This document shows positions 25,925-34,457 of a DNA stretch of 64,000 bases, in pieces; the stretch's first letter is position 1, and each line of letters starts with the position of its first letter. Below the pieces are notes generated by a model. That model had not been told where the DNA came from. It saw nothing but the letters and a program-made list of their open reading frames with translations, and did no database searches. The translations under genes were made by a program, and so were the position numbers. Location of the stretch: contig JAAEQR010000003.1 in assembly GCA_024231215.1 (NCBI GenBank), positions 22,660 to 86,659 on the forward strand, written 5' to 3'. Source of the DNA: PVC group bacterium (GTDB lineage Bacteria; Omnitrophota; Gorgyraeia; B26-G9).

Positions 25925-28153
25925 ATGATTATTTTCCGAAGTTTATTTAAATTAAAATGTGTTTGTTGTTTCATTTGCCTGGTATTGGCTGTCCCGGTCT
26001 TTGCGCAGGAATATGTGGTAACTCGACCGAAGATTGCCTTGGTGTTGGGAGGAGGGGGAGCACGCGGAGCGGCTCATGTAGGAGTTCTAAAAGTTCTCGA
26101 AGAGCAGCGTGTTCCGGTTGATTATATTGTGGGGACAAGCATGGGGGCACTTGTGGCCGGATTGTATGTGTCTGGAATTTCCCCAGAAGAGATGGAAACA
26201 TTATTTAACGAAATTGATTGGGATAGTCTTTTTAAGGATAAACCGACCGATGATTACTTGCCGTTCCGGCTAAAAGGTGATGAACAGCGCTTTATGGTAC
26301 TTGAGACAGGTATCAAGCAAGGTAAGATTGTTTTGCCGCGCGGATTTATTGCCGGGCAAAAACTCAGTTTTTTTCTTAAAAAAATGACTCTACCGGTTTC
26401 GGATATAGAAAACTTTGATCAATTGCCGATTCCTTATCGTGCGGTAGCTGCTGATATCGGCACAGGAGATGCTTTTATATTTGATCATGGTAATATTGCG
26501 GAAGCTATGCGGGCAAGCATGACTATCCCTGGGGTATTTTCACCAGTGGAGATTGATGGGCATGTACTGGTTGATGGTGGGGTAGTAAATAATGTGCCGA
26601 TTGATGTTGCCCGAGATATGGGTGCGGATATTATTATTGTGGTTGAAGTTGGGCCGGTGCTTGAAAATACCGAAAAATTAAAATCTGCCGTAGCGATTAT
26701 GATGCAATCTCTTGATATTTTGGGCAAGGGGGATGTACAGCGTAAGCTTGCTTTACTTTCAGAGGATGATATTTTAATTCAGCCGGATGTGGGCAGTATT
26801 GAAACCGGAAGTTTTTATCAGGCCCCGGAAGCGGTTATTACCGGAGAAAAAGCTGCACGAAAGGCTGAGAATAGCTTTAGTAAGTTTGGTGTTTCGGCAA
26901 AAGAGTATGAGGCATATTTAACTAGGTTGCGTCCAGAAAAAAAAGATCCGATAACTATAGATTTTATTGAAGTGGCAAATCCTGAAAAATTAAGACCGGA
27001 AATAATTAAAGGCAGGCTTTCTGTTAAGACCGGAGAAGAACTTGATTTGAAGCGGTTACAAAAAGATCTTACGCGTGTGTATGCTATGGGTGATTTTGAA
27101 AAAGTAGAGTTTGATGTTGTTCGTCGGGATAGTCAACGGGGGTTGTATATTAAAACCAAAGAAAAAGAATGGGGACCGGATTATTTGCGTTTTGGCCTTA
27201 ATCTGAATAGTGATTCTACGGGTGATAGTGAATATACCGCACTTGCAGATTATCGCATGACCCAGATTAACTCATTGGGAGGAGAATGGCGGAATATCTT
27301 TCAGTTTGGAGCGACTACCGGACTTTTTTCTGAATTTCATCAGCCCCTGGACGTATACAATCGTTTTTTTATCGCGCCTAATTTTAGAATTGAACGGTAT
27401 TTGTCAGATGTATATGAGAATGATGATCGAGTTGCGGAATACCGGGTTGATTATCACGGAGCCGGAGTTAATTTGGGAGTGAATGTTAGTTCATATACAC
27501 AGTTTAAAATGGGATTAACACGCGGTAGTATAGAGGCAAATTCGGGCATAGGAGGGGTGGCTCTTCCTGAATTTAATAGTATTCAGGAAGGAGCTTTTAC
27601 GGCGAAATTAATATATGATCAGCTGGATAGTCATATCTTTCCGTCCCGCGGAATTCAATCGCAGTTAGCTTTATATCTTTCCGATAAAAAACTCGGAGCT
27701 GATTTTAATTATGAAAAATTGAAATTCGATCTGATGAAAGCCAGAACATATTATAGAAAGCATACTTTTGTGGCTGGTTGCGAGGCCGGGATGAGTGTGG
27801 ACGAGGATACTCCGTTTTATGATCAGTTTACATTGGGTGGTTTCTTGTCTCTTTCTGGCTATGAAGAAAACCAGTTGCGAGCTCAGCACAGCGGATTGGG
27901 AAGATTGATTTATTTTTACACGCTGGGTGACGATGCGTCCGGGGTAGCTCGCAATATTCATTTAGGTGCGGCGCTTGAGTATGGTAATGTCTGGGATGAC
28001 TTTGATGATATTGCGTTTAATGACTCGCGTTTAAGCGGCACGGTTTTTGTCGGAATGAAAACTATGCTCGGTCCATTGTATTTTGGTTATGGGCTGGCTG
28101 AGGGGTATTCTGACGGCAGGCTGTATCTTTTCTTAGGGCAGACATTCTATTGA
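25925..28153 (+). CDS. Patatin-like phospholipase fused to POTRA and an Omp85-type beta-barrel (PlpD-like, type Vd architecture)
   Basis: Signal peptide, GGGGARGAAHVG, GTSMGA and DGGVVNN motifs. A POTRA-like segment (IDFIEV..VYAMGDFEKVEFDV) is followed by a C-terminal barrel ending ..LFLGQTFY. Confidence 0.85.
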   Translation: MIIFRSLFKLKCVCCFICLVLAVPVFAQEYVVTRPKIALVLGGGGARGAAHVGVLKVLEEQRVPVDYIVGTSMGALVAGLYVSGISPEEMETLFNEIDWDSLFKDKPTDDYLPFRLKGDEQRFMVLETGIKQGKIVLPRGFIAGQKLSFFLKKMTLPVSDIENFDQLPIPYRAVAADIGTGDAFIFDHGNIAEAMRASMTIPGVFSPVEIDGHVLVDGGVVNNVPIDVARDMGADIIIVVEVGPVLENTEKLKSAVAIMMQSLDILGKGDVQRKLALLSEDDILIQPDVGSIETGSFYQAPEAVITGEKAARKAENSFSKFGVSAKEYEAYLTRLRPEKKDPITIDFIEVANPEKLRPEIIKGRLSVKTGEELDLKRLQKDLTRVYAMGDFEKVEFDVVRRDSQRGLYIKTKEKEWGPDYLRFGLNLNSDSTGDSEYTALADYRMTQINSLGGEWRNIFQFGATTGLFSEFHQPLDVYNRFFIAPNFRIERYLSDVYENDDRVAEYRVDYHGAGVNLGVNVSSYTQFKMGLTRGSIEANSGIGGVALPEFNSIQEGAFTAKLIYDQLDSHIFPSRGIQSQLALYLSDKKLGADFNYEKLKFDLMKARTYYRKHTFVAGCEAGMSVDEDTPFYDQFTLGGFLSLSGYEENQLRAQHSGLGRLIYFYTLGDDASGVARNIHLGAALEYGNVWDDFDDIAFNDSRLSGTVFVGMKTMLGPLYFGYGLAEGYSDGRLYLFLGQTFY

Positions 28154-28207
28154 AAATTATGGTTTAAAGCGCCACGAAAAGAGTATTTTTGCTTTAGCTA
28201 ATTTAAA

Positions 28208-29371
28208 GTGAAATATATGAAAACTTATAAAACAAAAATATATGATTTATCATTTGGCGGTGCCGGAGTTGGCAAGGTTGACGGTAAGGTGTGTTTTGTC
28301 CGCGGGGCTTTGCCGGAAGAAGAAGTTGTTTTTAACGTCGAGAAAGAGACCTCGAGCTATATTAAAGGTTTGGTTATTGAATTGCTTAATACTTCTTCTG
28401 ATCGCATCGAACCAAAATGTAAATATTATAATGTTTGCGGGGGATGTCAATACCAGCATCTTACCTATGAAAAAGAAATTTTCTATAAAAAACTGCAAGT
28501 TGAAGATTTAGTTCGAAGGTTTGGCGGCATCAATGATTTTAAAACCGAAATTATAGCTTCAAAAGATCCTTATGAGTATCGTAGTAGTATTACCTTGCAT
28601 AAGGCGGATAAAGGGTATGGGTTTTGTCGGTATAATTCAAATGAAATTATAGGAATAGATCAGTGTTCAATAGCATCTAAGAGTATAAATAAGTTATTGC
28701 CCATAGCCGGCGAAGGAGCGCAGAAAGATAGATTGACATTGAAGGAAGATTGTAGCGGAAGGGTTTGGCGTTCTGATAGAAAAGAAGATAAGTTTTTCAC
28801 GGATACATATGCAGATAAGGATATGGTTTTTTCTCCTCGCATATTTTCACAGTGCAATCGCTATATTGCCTTAAAAATAGCCGAAGAGTTGAAGGGATGG
28901 ATTCAGGAGACAGATAATGATTCAGCATTTTTTGATATGTATTGCGGTGCGGGATTTTTTTCGTTTCTTCTGCCGGATTTTGTTTTAAAAGTGGGAATGG
29001 ATTATGAAGGTATTGCTATTGACTGCGCAAAAAAAACATTGAAAAATGTTGGGTTTAAAAACCACAGGTTTTATAAAGGTGATGTGGATAGATTGTTCAA
29101 ATCTGTTTTCAATCGCAATAAAAAAGCTAAAAACATTTTACTTTTAGACCCGCCGCGTAAAGGATTGAGCAAAAATCTCATCAAAATATTAACAGCTATG
29201 AATGATATCGATGCGTTCTATTATGTGTCCTGCGATCCTTCTACATTAGCTAGGGATATAAAACTGTTATGTTCTGGTAGTTGTTGGCAGCTTGAAAGGT
29301 TTAAGGTTTTTGATATGTTTCCCCGTACATATCATGTGGAGTGCTTGGCAGAGTTTAAGCGTGGTGAATAG
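28208..29371 (+). CDS. TRAM-domain 23S rRNA (uracil-5-)-methyltransferase, RlmD/RumA family
   Basis: CGGCQYQH Fe-S cluster motif, a SAM fold (DMYCGAGFF, LLLDPPRKG), and the catalytic YVSCDPSTLARD. Confidence 0.85.
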   Translation: MKYMKTYKTKIYDLSFGGAGVGKVDGKVCFVRGALPEEEVVFNVEKETSSYIKGLVIELLNTSSDRIEPKCKYYNVCGGCQYQHLTYEKEIFYKKLQVEDLVRRFGGINDFKTEIIASKDPYEYRSSITLHKADKGYGFCRYNSNEIIGIDQCSIASKSINKLLPIAGEGAQKDRLTLKEDCSGRVWRSDRKEDKFFTDTYADKDMVFSPRIFSQCNRYIALKIAEELKGWIQETDNDSAFFDMYCGAGFFSFLLPDFVLKVGMDYEGIAIDCAKKTLKNVGFKNHRFYKGDVDRLFKSVFNRNKKAKNILLLDPPRKGLSKNLIKILTAMNDIDAFYYVSCDPSTLARDIKLLCSGSCWQLERFKVFDMFPRTYHVECLAEFKRGE

Positions 29372-29568
29372 GGGAGTGTTTTTTTAGGTATTGTAAAATA
29401 AAATGTTGTATTTTCGCCCAGTATTGATTCTACCCAAATTGTTCCTTTGTGCATTTGCACGATTTTTTTTACGATGGCAAGGCCTGCTCCGGTGCCTTCA
29501 GAATTCTTACGTTTTTCAAGCCTTTGGAAAATCTCAAATATTTTTGCAATTCTCGGATCATTTTGCAT
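29332..29568 (-). pseudogene. Remnant of a sensor histidine kinase (only the extreme C-terminal HATPase_c G2-box part)
   Basis: The 78-aa ORF contains GTGAGLAIVKKIVQMHKGTIWVES..GTTFYFTIP. An in-frame stop lies 30 nt upstream, there is no H-box or N-box region, and the ORF overlaps the convergent methyltransferase 3' end. Confidence 0.6.
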
Positions 29569-29892
29569 TTCATGTATCGCATTTTTTCTGGAAAGTTTTT
29601 AGCCAATTCAATGCTTCTTCTTCTGCAGTAAACATTAAATCAGACCAATATATCAAGATGTAACTTAGTATATACTGATGATTGTATCATAAGATATAAT
29701 TGGGTGCAATATTATTTCATATAGAGTTAAATATTAATATAATCTTAAAAAATCTTATAAACTTAGTAAAATTGAATTGGGCGTTACGATCAACAAAAGA
29801 AAGGTTGAAAGTTTTCAGTAAATGAAGTAACATATAAAAATAACTCTTATTTGTTCTTAGTTGCCGGGAAAAAAGGAAAATCTGACGATATA

Positions 29893-30852
29893 ATGGAGAG
29901 ATTAGTAAATACCCAAAGTGGAAAGCATAGCTTGGTTGGTCGAAGTAATTCGATGCTGACTGTCTATGAACTAATAGAAAAAATTTCTCCGGTTGATGTC
30001 GGGGTCTTATTGATCGGGGAGAGTGGAACGGGTAAAGAGTTGGCAGCACATGCAATACATGGTAAAAGCGCACGAAAAGATATGCCGTTTGTTGCTGTAA
30101 ACTGTGCTGCGATTCCGGATACTTTAGCGGAAAGTGAATTGTTTGGACATGAAAAAGGGGCGTTTACCGGTGCGCAGGCAAAACGCAAGGGGAAGTTTGA
30201 ACTTGCGGATAAGGGTACTTTGTTTTTAGATGAGATCGGGGATATGAGCCTTGAAGCACAGTCCAAGATGCTTAGGATACTTGAAGAAAAGAAGTTGGAG
30301 ACGGTTGGGGGAGAGCAGAGTATTTTAGTAGATATCCGAATTATTGCCGCTTCAAACAAAGATCTTCTTCAAAAAGTAAAAGAGAGAACATTTCGGTCGG
30401 ATCTCTATTACCGACTGAATGAAATGAGAATAGACCTGCCTCCGCTAAGAGAAAGAAAAGAAGATATCTCGTTGCTGGTAAAGCATTTCATTGAGTTGTT
30501 TAATCAAGATTTTAACAAAAAAGTAAAAGGGGTTTCTGATACTGCTTTAAGTTATCTTATTAAACATAGTTGGCCTGGTAATGTTCGGGAATTGAAAAAC
30601 GTGATTAAAAGGGCAATTGCTTTAATGGAATCAGAAGTCATTTGGCTGGAGCATCTGCCGTTTGAGGTAAGGTTGCAGGCAAAAGATTATCTTAAAGACG
30701 ATTTCTCCTTGAAACAGATAGAAAGGTGTCATATTGCCGCGATATTAAATAAAACGAAATGGAACAAGAAAATGGCGGCAATGATTCTTGAAATTTCGAG
30801 GCCAAGATTAGATCGTAAAATAAAAGAGTATAATTTGACGGAGGGTAAGTAA
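29893..30852 (+). CDS. Sigma54-dependent transcriptional activator lacking any N-terminal sensor or receiver domain (AAA+ plus Fis-type HTH only)
   Basis: GESGTGKE Walker A, GAFTGA loop (EKGAFTGAQ), DEIGDM Walker B, and a C-terminal HTH (KKMAAMILEISRPRLDRKIKEY). The AAA+ domain begins about 15 aa after the ATG at 29893. Confidence 0.85.
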   Translation: MERLVNTQSGKHSLVGRSNSMLTVYELIEKISPVDVGVLLIGESGTGKELAAHAIHGKSARKDMPFVAVNCAAIPDTLAESELFGHEKGAFTGAQAKRKGKFELADKGTLFLDEIGDMSLEAQSKMLRILEEKKLETVGGEQSILVDIRIIAASNKDLLQKVKERTFRSDLYYRLNEMRIDLPPLRERKEDISLLVKHFIELFNQDFNKKVKGVSDTALSYLIKHSWPGNVRELKNVIKRAIALMESEVIWLEHLPFEVRLQAKDYLKDDFSLKQIERCHIAAILNKTKWNKKMAAMILEISRPRLDRKIKEYNLTEGK

Positions 30853-31266
30853 GTGATTAAAAAAATAAGTATAGGTAGAGAGATTTGTGTGAGTGTTTTA
30901 AATGAAGTTGGCGTATTATCCCGGACAACTTCATTTTTAGTAAATAATGGTATAAATTTAGAGGCGGTTACCGGTTACGCGAGGAATATAGGAGAACCAG
31001 CTGAACTTATGTTTGTAACTAATGATAACCTGGCGGCAATTGATATATTGACTGAAGCTGGATATGATTCTGTGGAGGAAAACGATGTGCTTGTCGTGGA
31101 ACTTGAAAATACTCCGGGAGCATTAAAGAATATTTCTGTGCTTTTATCTCAGAACGGACTAAATATTATATATATATATGGAACTACTTGTAACAAAGGA
31201 TGTCCGGCCAAGATTATTTTAGCAACATCGGATAATCGTCGGGCTCTGGCGTTGCTGAAGAGTTAG
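30853..31266 (+). CDS. Stand-alone tandem ACT-domain protein
   Basis: Two ACT-like units (ICVSVLNEVGVLSRTTSFLVNNGINL.. and VLVVELENTPGALKNISVLLSQNGLNI..). The GTG start directly follows the activator's stop codon. Confidence 0.65.
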   Translation: MIKKISIGREICVSVLNEVGVLSRTTSFLVNNGINLEAVTGYARNIGEPAELMFVTNDNLAAIDILTEAGYDSVEENDVLVVELENTPGALKNISVLLSQNGLNIIYIYGTTCNKGCPAKIILATSDNRRALALLKS

Positions 31267-31352
31267 AATCGGCTTGAAAATAAAAGATTGTAGTAGTATT
31301 ATAAATATTGTTAATAGATAATGTTTTTTTATAACAAGAAAGGGGGCAGTAC

Positions 31353-32825
31353 ATGAGGAAGGGACGGTATGTTGTTGTCGTTGCGGTAGCGGTTGCTTTG
31401 TTGTTGGCAGGGACTCAGTCAGCTTGGGCGCTGGACAGATTTTTAATTGGAGCACGCGGCGCAGGGATGGCTGGAGCTAATGTAGCGTGTGTAAATGATA
31501 CAACCGCGCAGTATTATAATCCGGCGGCGTTTGGTTTTATGGTTGAAGAAAGAAAAAAAGATACTGATCCGGGTAATTTTGCATGGGATACTAATATGGG
31601 GCTTGGATATCGTGTCCATGAAAATCTGGGAAAACTTTTGGATGATTTATCTAAAATAGATATTACGGAATTGGGTGCAAATGATATTCAGAACGAAACA
31701 GATTTGCAGAACTTGACTAAGGCGGCTGAGTTTATTAGCCGGCTTGATGATAAGGGAAACGCGATTAGTGTGGATGGCAATGCCGGCACAGGTGTTCGGA
31801 TAAATAATTTCGCGATCGGGGTGCGTGCTATGTATCAGGCTAGCGCAAGAGTTGCCACTGTTGATATAGCCAATCTGGGAATTGGAGTTAATATTGCTGG
31901 ACTAAATACTGATATTAATGCTGTTACATTAACGGGCGATGATGGACTGACATCTCTTTTCACCGGAGCGCAGGTAACACAGCTGACAACCGCAGGTTTA
32001 AATGCGGCTTCGATTCAACAGCTTGATTTCGCGGCAAGGCAAGCAGGGGTTAGTAGCGGGTCTACTGAATTACAACAGGCAGTTGACATGCTTGGTAGCG
32101 TTGCTACGGCAACAGCCAGTGCAACTGGTGGAGAAATTGAAAATAACACCACCAGCGCTGTATTAGAAGGATTTGGAGTGTATGAGATCCCGATTTCTTA
32201 CGGACGTGCCTTGAATGAGCATGTATCTATTGGTGGAAATCTGAAAATAATGAAGGGTAAAGTCTACGGGACCGAGATGATTGTTTTTAAAAATGATTCC
32301 GGCGATATTATGAAGGAAGCGGATGAAAATTATAAAGAGACTACGACTTTTGGTTTAGACCTGGGTGTAATGGCTAAATACGGAAAATTTAGCTACGGGC
32401 TTGTTGGCCGCAATTTAAATTCTCCAAAATTTGACGGGCCTACGGTTAATGCCAGAGTGTTCAATGATGTCACTATTGATCCTCAGGTTACTGCGGGTGT
32501 GGCATATCTTCCGTGGAACGGGTTGGTCTTAGAGTGTGATTATGATCTGACCAAGAGTGAAACAGGGTTGCCGGGATATGATACAAAGAACCTGTCTTTA
32601 GGTGTGGAATGGATGCTTATGCGGATTCTTTCTTTACGTGGTGGTATGTATGATAACATGGAAGAAAGCGATATCGGTTGGGTATATACAGCTGGTGTTG
32701 GTATAAATCTGCCATGGGTAAGCCTGGAAGTAGCCGGGGCGATGTCTTCTGATAAAAGTGATTATGACGGAGATAGTATTCCAGAAGAAAGTCGTGTTAC
32801 TGCACAGCTGAGCATTGGGTTTTAA
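31353..32825 (+). CDS. Outer-membrane beta-barrel protein, TraF_2/PorV/FadL-like
   Basis: Signal peptide ..TQSAWA, N-terminal GARGAGMAGANVACVNDTTAQYYNPAAFG, alternating beta-strand patterns, and a terminal ..AQLSIGF. Confidence 0.7.
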   Translation: MRKGRYVVVVAVAVALLLAGTQSAWALDRFLIGARGAGMAGANVACVNDTTAQYYNPAAFGFMVEERKKDTDPGNFAWDTNMGLGYRVHENLGKLLDDLSKIDITELGANDIQNETDLQNLTKAAEFISRLDDKGNAISVDGNAGTGVRINNFAIGVRAMYQASARVATVDIANLGIGVNIAGLNTDINAVTLTGDDGLTSLFTGAQVTQLTTAGLNAASIQQLDFAARQAGVSSGSTELQQAVDMLGSVATATASATGGEIENNTTSAVLEGFGVYEIPISYGRALNEHVSIGGNLKIMKGKVYGTEMIVFKNDSGDIMKEADENYKETTTFGLDLGVMAKYGKFSYGLVGRNLNSPKFDGPTVNARVFNDVTIDPQVTAGVAYLPWNGLVLECDYDLTKSETGLPGYDTKNLSLGVEWMLMRILSLRGGMYDNMEESDIGWVYTAGVGINLPWVSLEVAGAMSSDKSDYDGDSIPEESRVTAQLSIGF

Positions 32826-32860
32826 GAATAAATTGTAAGTGTTTTAAAGTAGTAGATAGA

Positions 32861-32896
32861 AGAGGAATTCCCTTTATGGGGATTCCTCTTTTTTTG
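32861..32896 (+). terminator. Strong intrinsic terminator after the beta-barrel gene
   Basis: 12-bp stem agaggaattccc / ggggattcctct with a 5-nt loop, followed by T8. Confidence 0.9.
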
Positions 32897-32958
32897 AGCC
32901 TTCCTTTAGATGTATTAATACATATTTTCTTTATTTGTAATAAGATAGGATTATTGAT

Positions 32959-32987
32959 TTGCTGAGAATAGAAAAATATGGTATACT
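32959..32987 (+). promoter_or_regulatory. Cluster promoter P1 (TTGCTG-17 nt-TATACT, embedded in ATATGGTATACTT)
   Basis: Read directly from the sequence. It shares the ATATGGTATACTT block with P2-P6. Confidence 0.6.
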
Positions 32988-33020
32988 TCACTACTTTTTT
33001 TAGATCTATGTAAATTAAAA

Positions 33021-34271
33021 ATGACTGGATATGAAATGCGAAAAATATTAAAAATAACCGGATGTATTTTCCTGTTAGCGGGAGTTTTATGTAATGCGCA
33101 AATTGGGGTTTCTCAAGAAGCGTGTTCTAATAATTTACTATCTCCGCGGCTTTCATTACAGCAGGAACATTTTCTTAGGATTTTTTCTGCAGATAAAATT
33201 CCGGCTATTAGACGGACTACGGATAGTAAAACTACTTATTTACCTGCGGATTATAGTTTGGAGGTAAAGGAAATACTTGTCCAGGTGAATTATTGGGGAA
33301 CTATGGAATATGTGATAGACGAAATACATCAAAAACTTCCGCAAGATATTGCGATGGTTATCATTTTTAATGAACGCATTAAGCCGTATTTAGATTATGC
33401 TAAAAACAAGTTATCTTCTCGAAAAGTAAGATTTATAATGTCTGAAAAAATCAGCGTTTGGGCAAGAGATAATTATATCTATTCTTTTTCTAAAAACAAA
33501 CCGATAATGGTGTTTCCAGACGGAGAGTTGCTGCGTAATATGATAGAATTGACGACAGATAAAAGAGCTATCTATAAACTCGCGAAGAAGTTGAAAATAA
33601 AAATAAAACAGGCAAAGTTTCATTTTACCGCGGGTGATATTATGACGGATGAAGAAAATATATTTGTCGGTGCGGCTACTATGCAGGATAACTTTAATAG
33701 ATATAAAATGTCTTGGAAGGAAACGTCTAAAAAAATGCAGGCTTTATTTGGAAATCCGATAGAAGTTCTGCAATTAGATGTAAATGATATTGATAATGTG
33801 CTTACTCTTTTACCGGGCAAGCGGGCAGTATTGGGTAATAATGAGCAGTTTGATAGTTTTTTAAAGGGCCATTATCATGAAAAAGTTGGTGACATTAAAA
33901 AACGTTTACTGGAGTTAGGATATGCGGTTATTGATATCCCCTGGCGGCCGCATGAAATTGATCATGGCCATGCTGATACGACTACGCTGATCTCTTATAA
34001 TAATGTTGTCTTTTTAGACCGTGATAGAATACTTTTGCCTCAGTATGGAATACCGGCAGATAAGGAAGCCATAATGACTTGGGAGCAATTAGGCTATAAG
34101 GTTATCCCGGTTCAGGCATTTTGTAACGGGGAGCATGGCGGAAGTATTCGTTGTTTTACGAATATTATCAACGCTGATTTTATTAATTATGATTCCGAAG
34201 ATTCTTCTAGAATATTCTGTCCCTCAGTTTCTCTTCAGCCGTTAGAACAATTGATTGAAATGGCTATATAA
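33021..34271 (+). CDS. Tagged-family member 1: exported agmatine/peptidyl-arginine deiminase-like protein (guanidino-group-modifying fold)
   Basis: VWARDNY, FHFTAGDIMTDEENIFVG, HGHADTT and GEHGGSIRCFTN (catalytic Cys context). The leader is followed by LLSPRLSLQ and the C-terminus is QLIEMAI. An alternative start is the ATG at 33036. Confidence 0.75.
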   Translation: MTGYEMRKILKITGCIFLLAGVLCNAQIGVSQEACSNNLLSPRLSLQQEHFLRIFSADKIPAIRRTTDSKTTYLPADYSLEVKEILVQVNYWGTMEYVIDEIHQKLPQDIAMVIIFNERIKPYLDYAKNKLSSRKVRFIMSEKISVWARDNYIYSFSKNKPIMVFPDGELLRNMIELTTDKRAIYKLAKKLKIKIKQAKFHFTAGDIMTDEENIFVGAATMQDNFNRYKMSWKETSKKMQALFGNPIEVLQLDVNDIDNVLTLLPGKRAVLGNNEQFDSFLKGHYHEKVGDIKKRLLELGYAVIDIPWRPHEIDHGHADTTTLISYNNVVFLDRDRILLPQYGIPADKEAIMTWEQLGYKVIPVQAFCNGEHGGSIRCFTNIINADFINYDSEDSSRIFCPSVSLQPLEQLIEMAI

Positions 34272-34372
34272 AGTTCAGAATCCACCCCATTTTTACAAGC
34301 TACTTAAAAAATTGTCAAATCTAAGCCGTAACTAGCTGCGAGTAAAAGGGATATGTAAAACATGTCCTTACC

Positions 34373-34401
34373 TTGACAGAAGTATATACCTATGGTATAC
34401 T
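34373..34401 (+). promoter_or_regulatory. Cluster promoter P2 (CCTTGACA-17 nt-TATACT)
   Basis: TTGACA at 34373-34378 and TATGGTATACTT, with the hexamer at 34396-34401. Confidence 0.7.
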
Positions 34402-34457
34402 TTTGAGTCTTTTTATTTTACCTAATAAAAATATATAAAAAAACAAGGAGATTTGTT

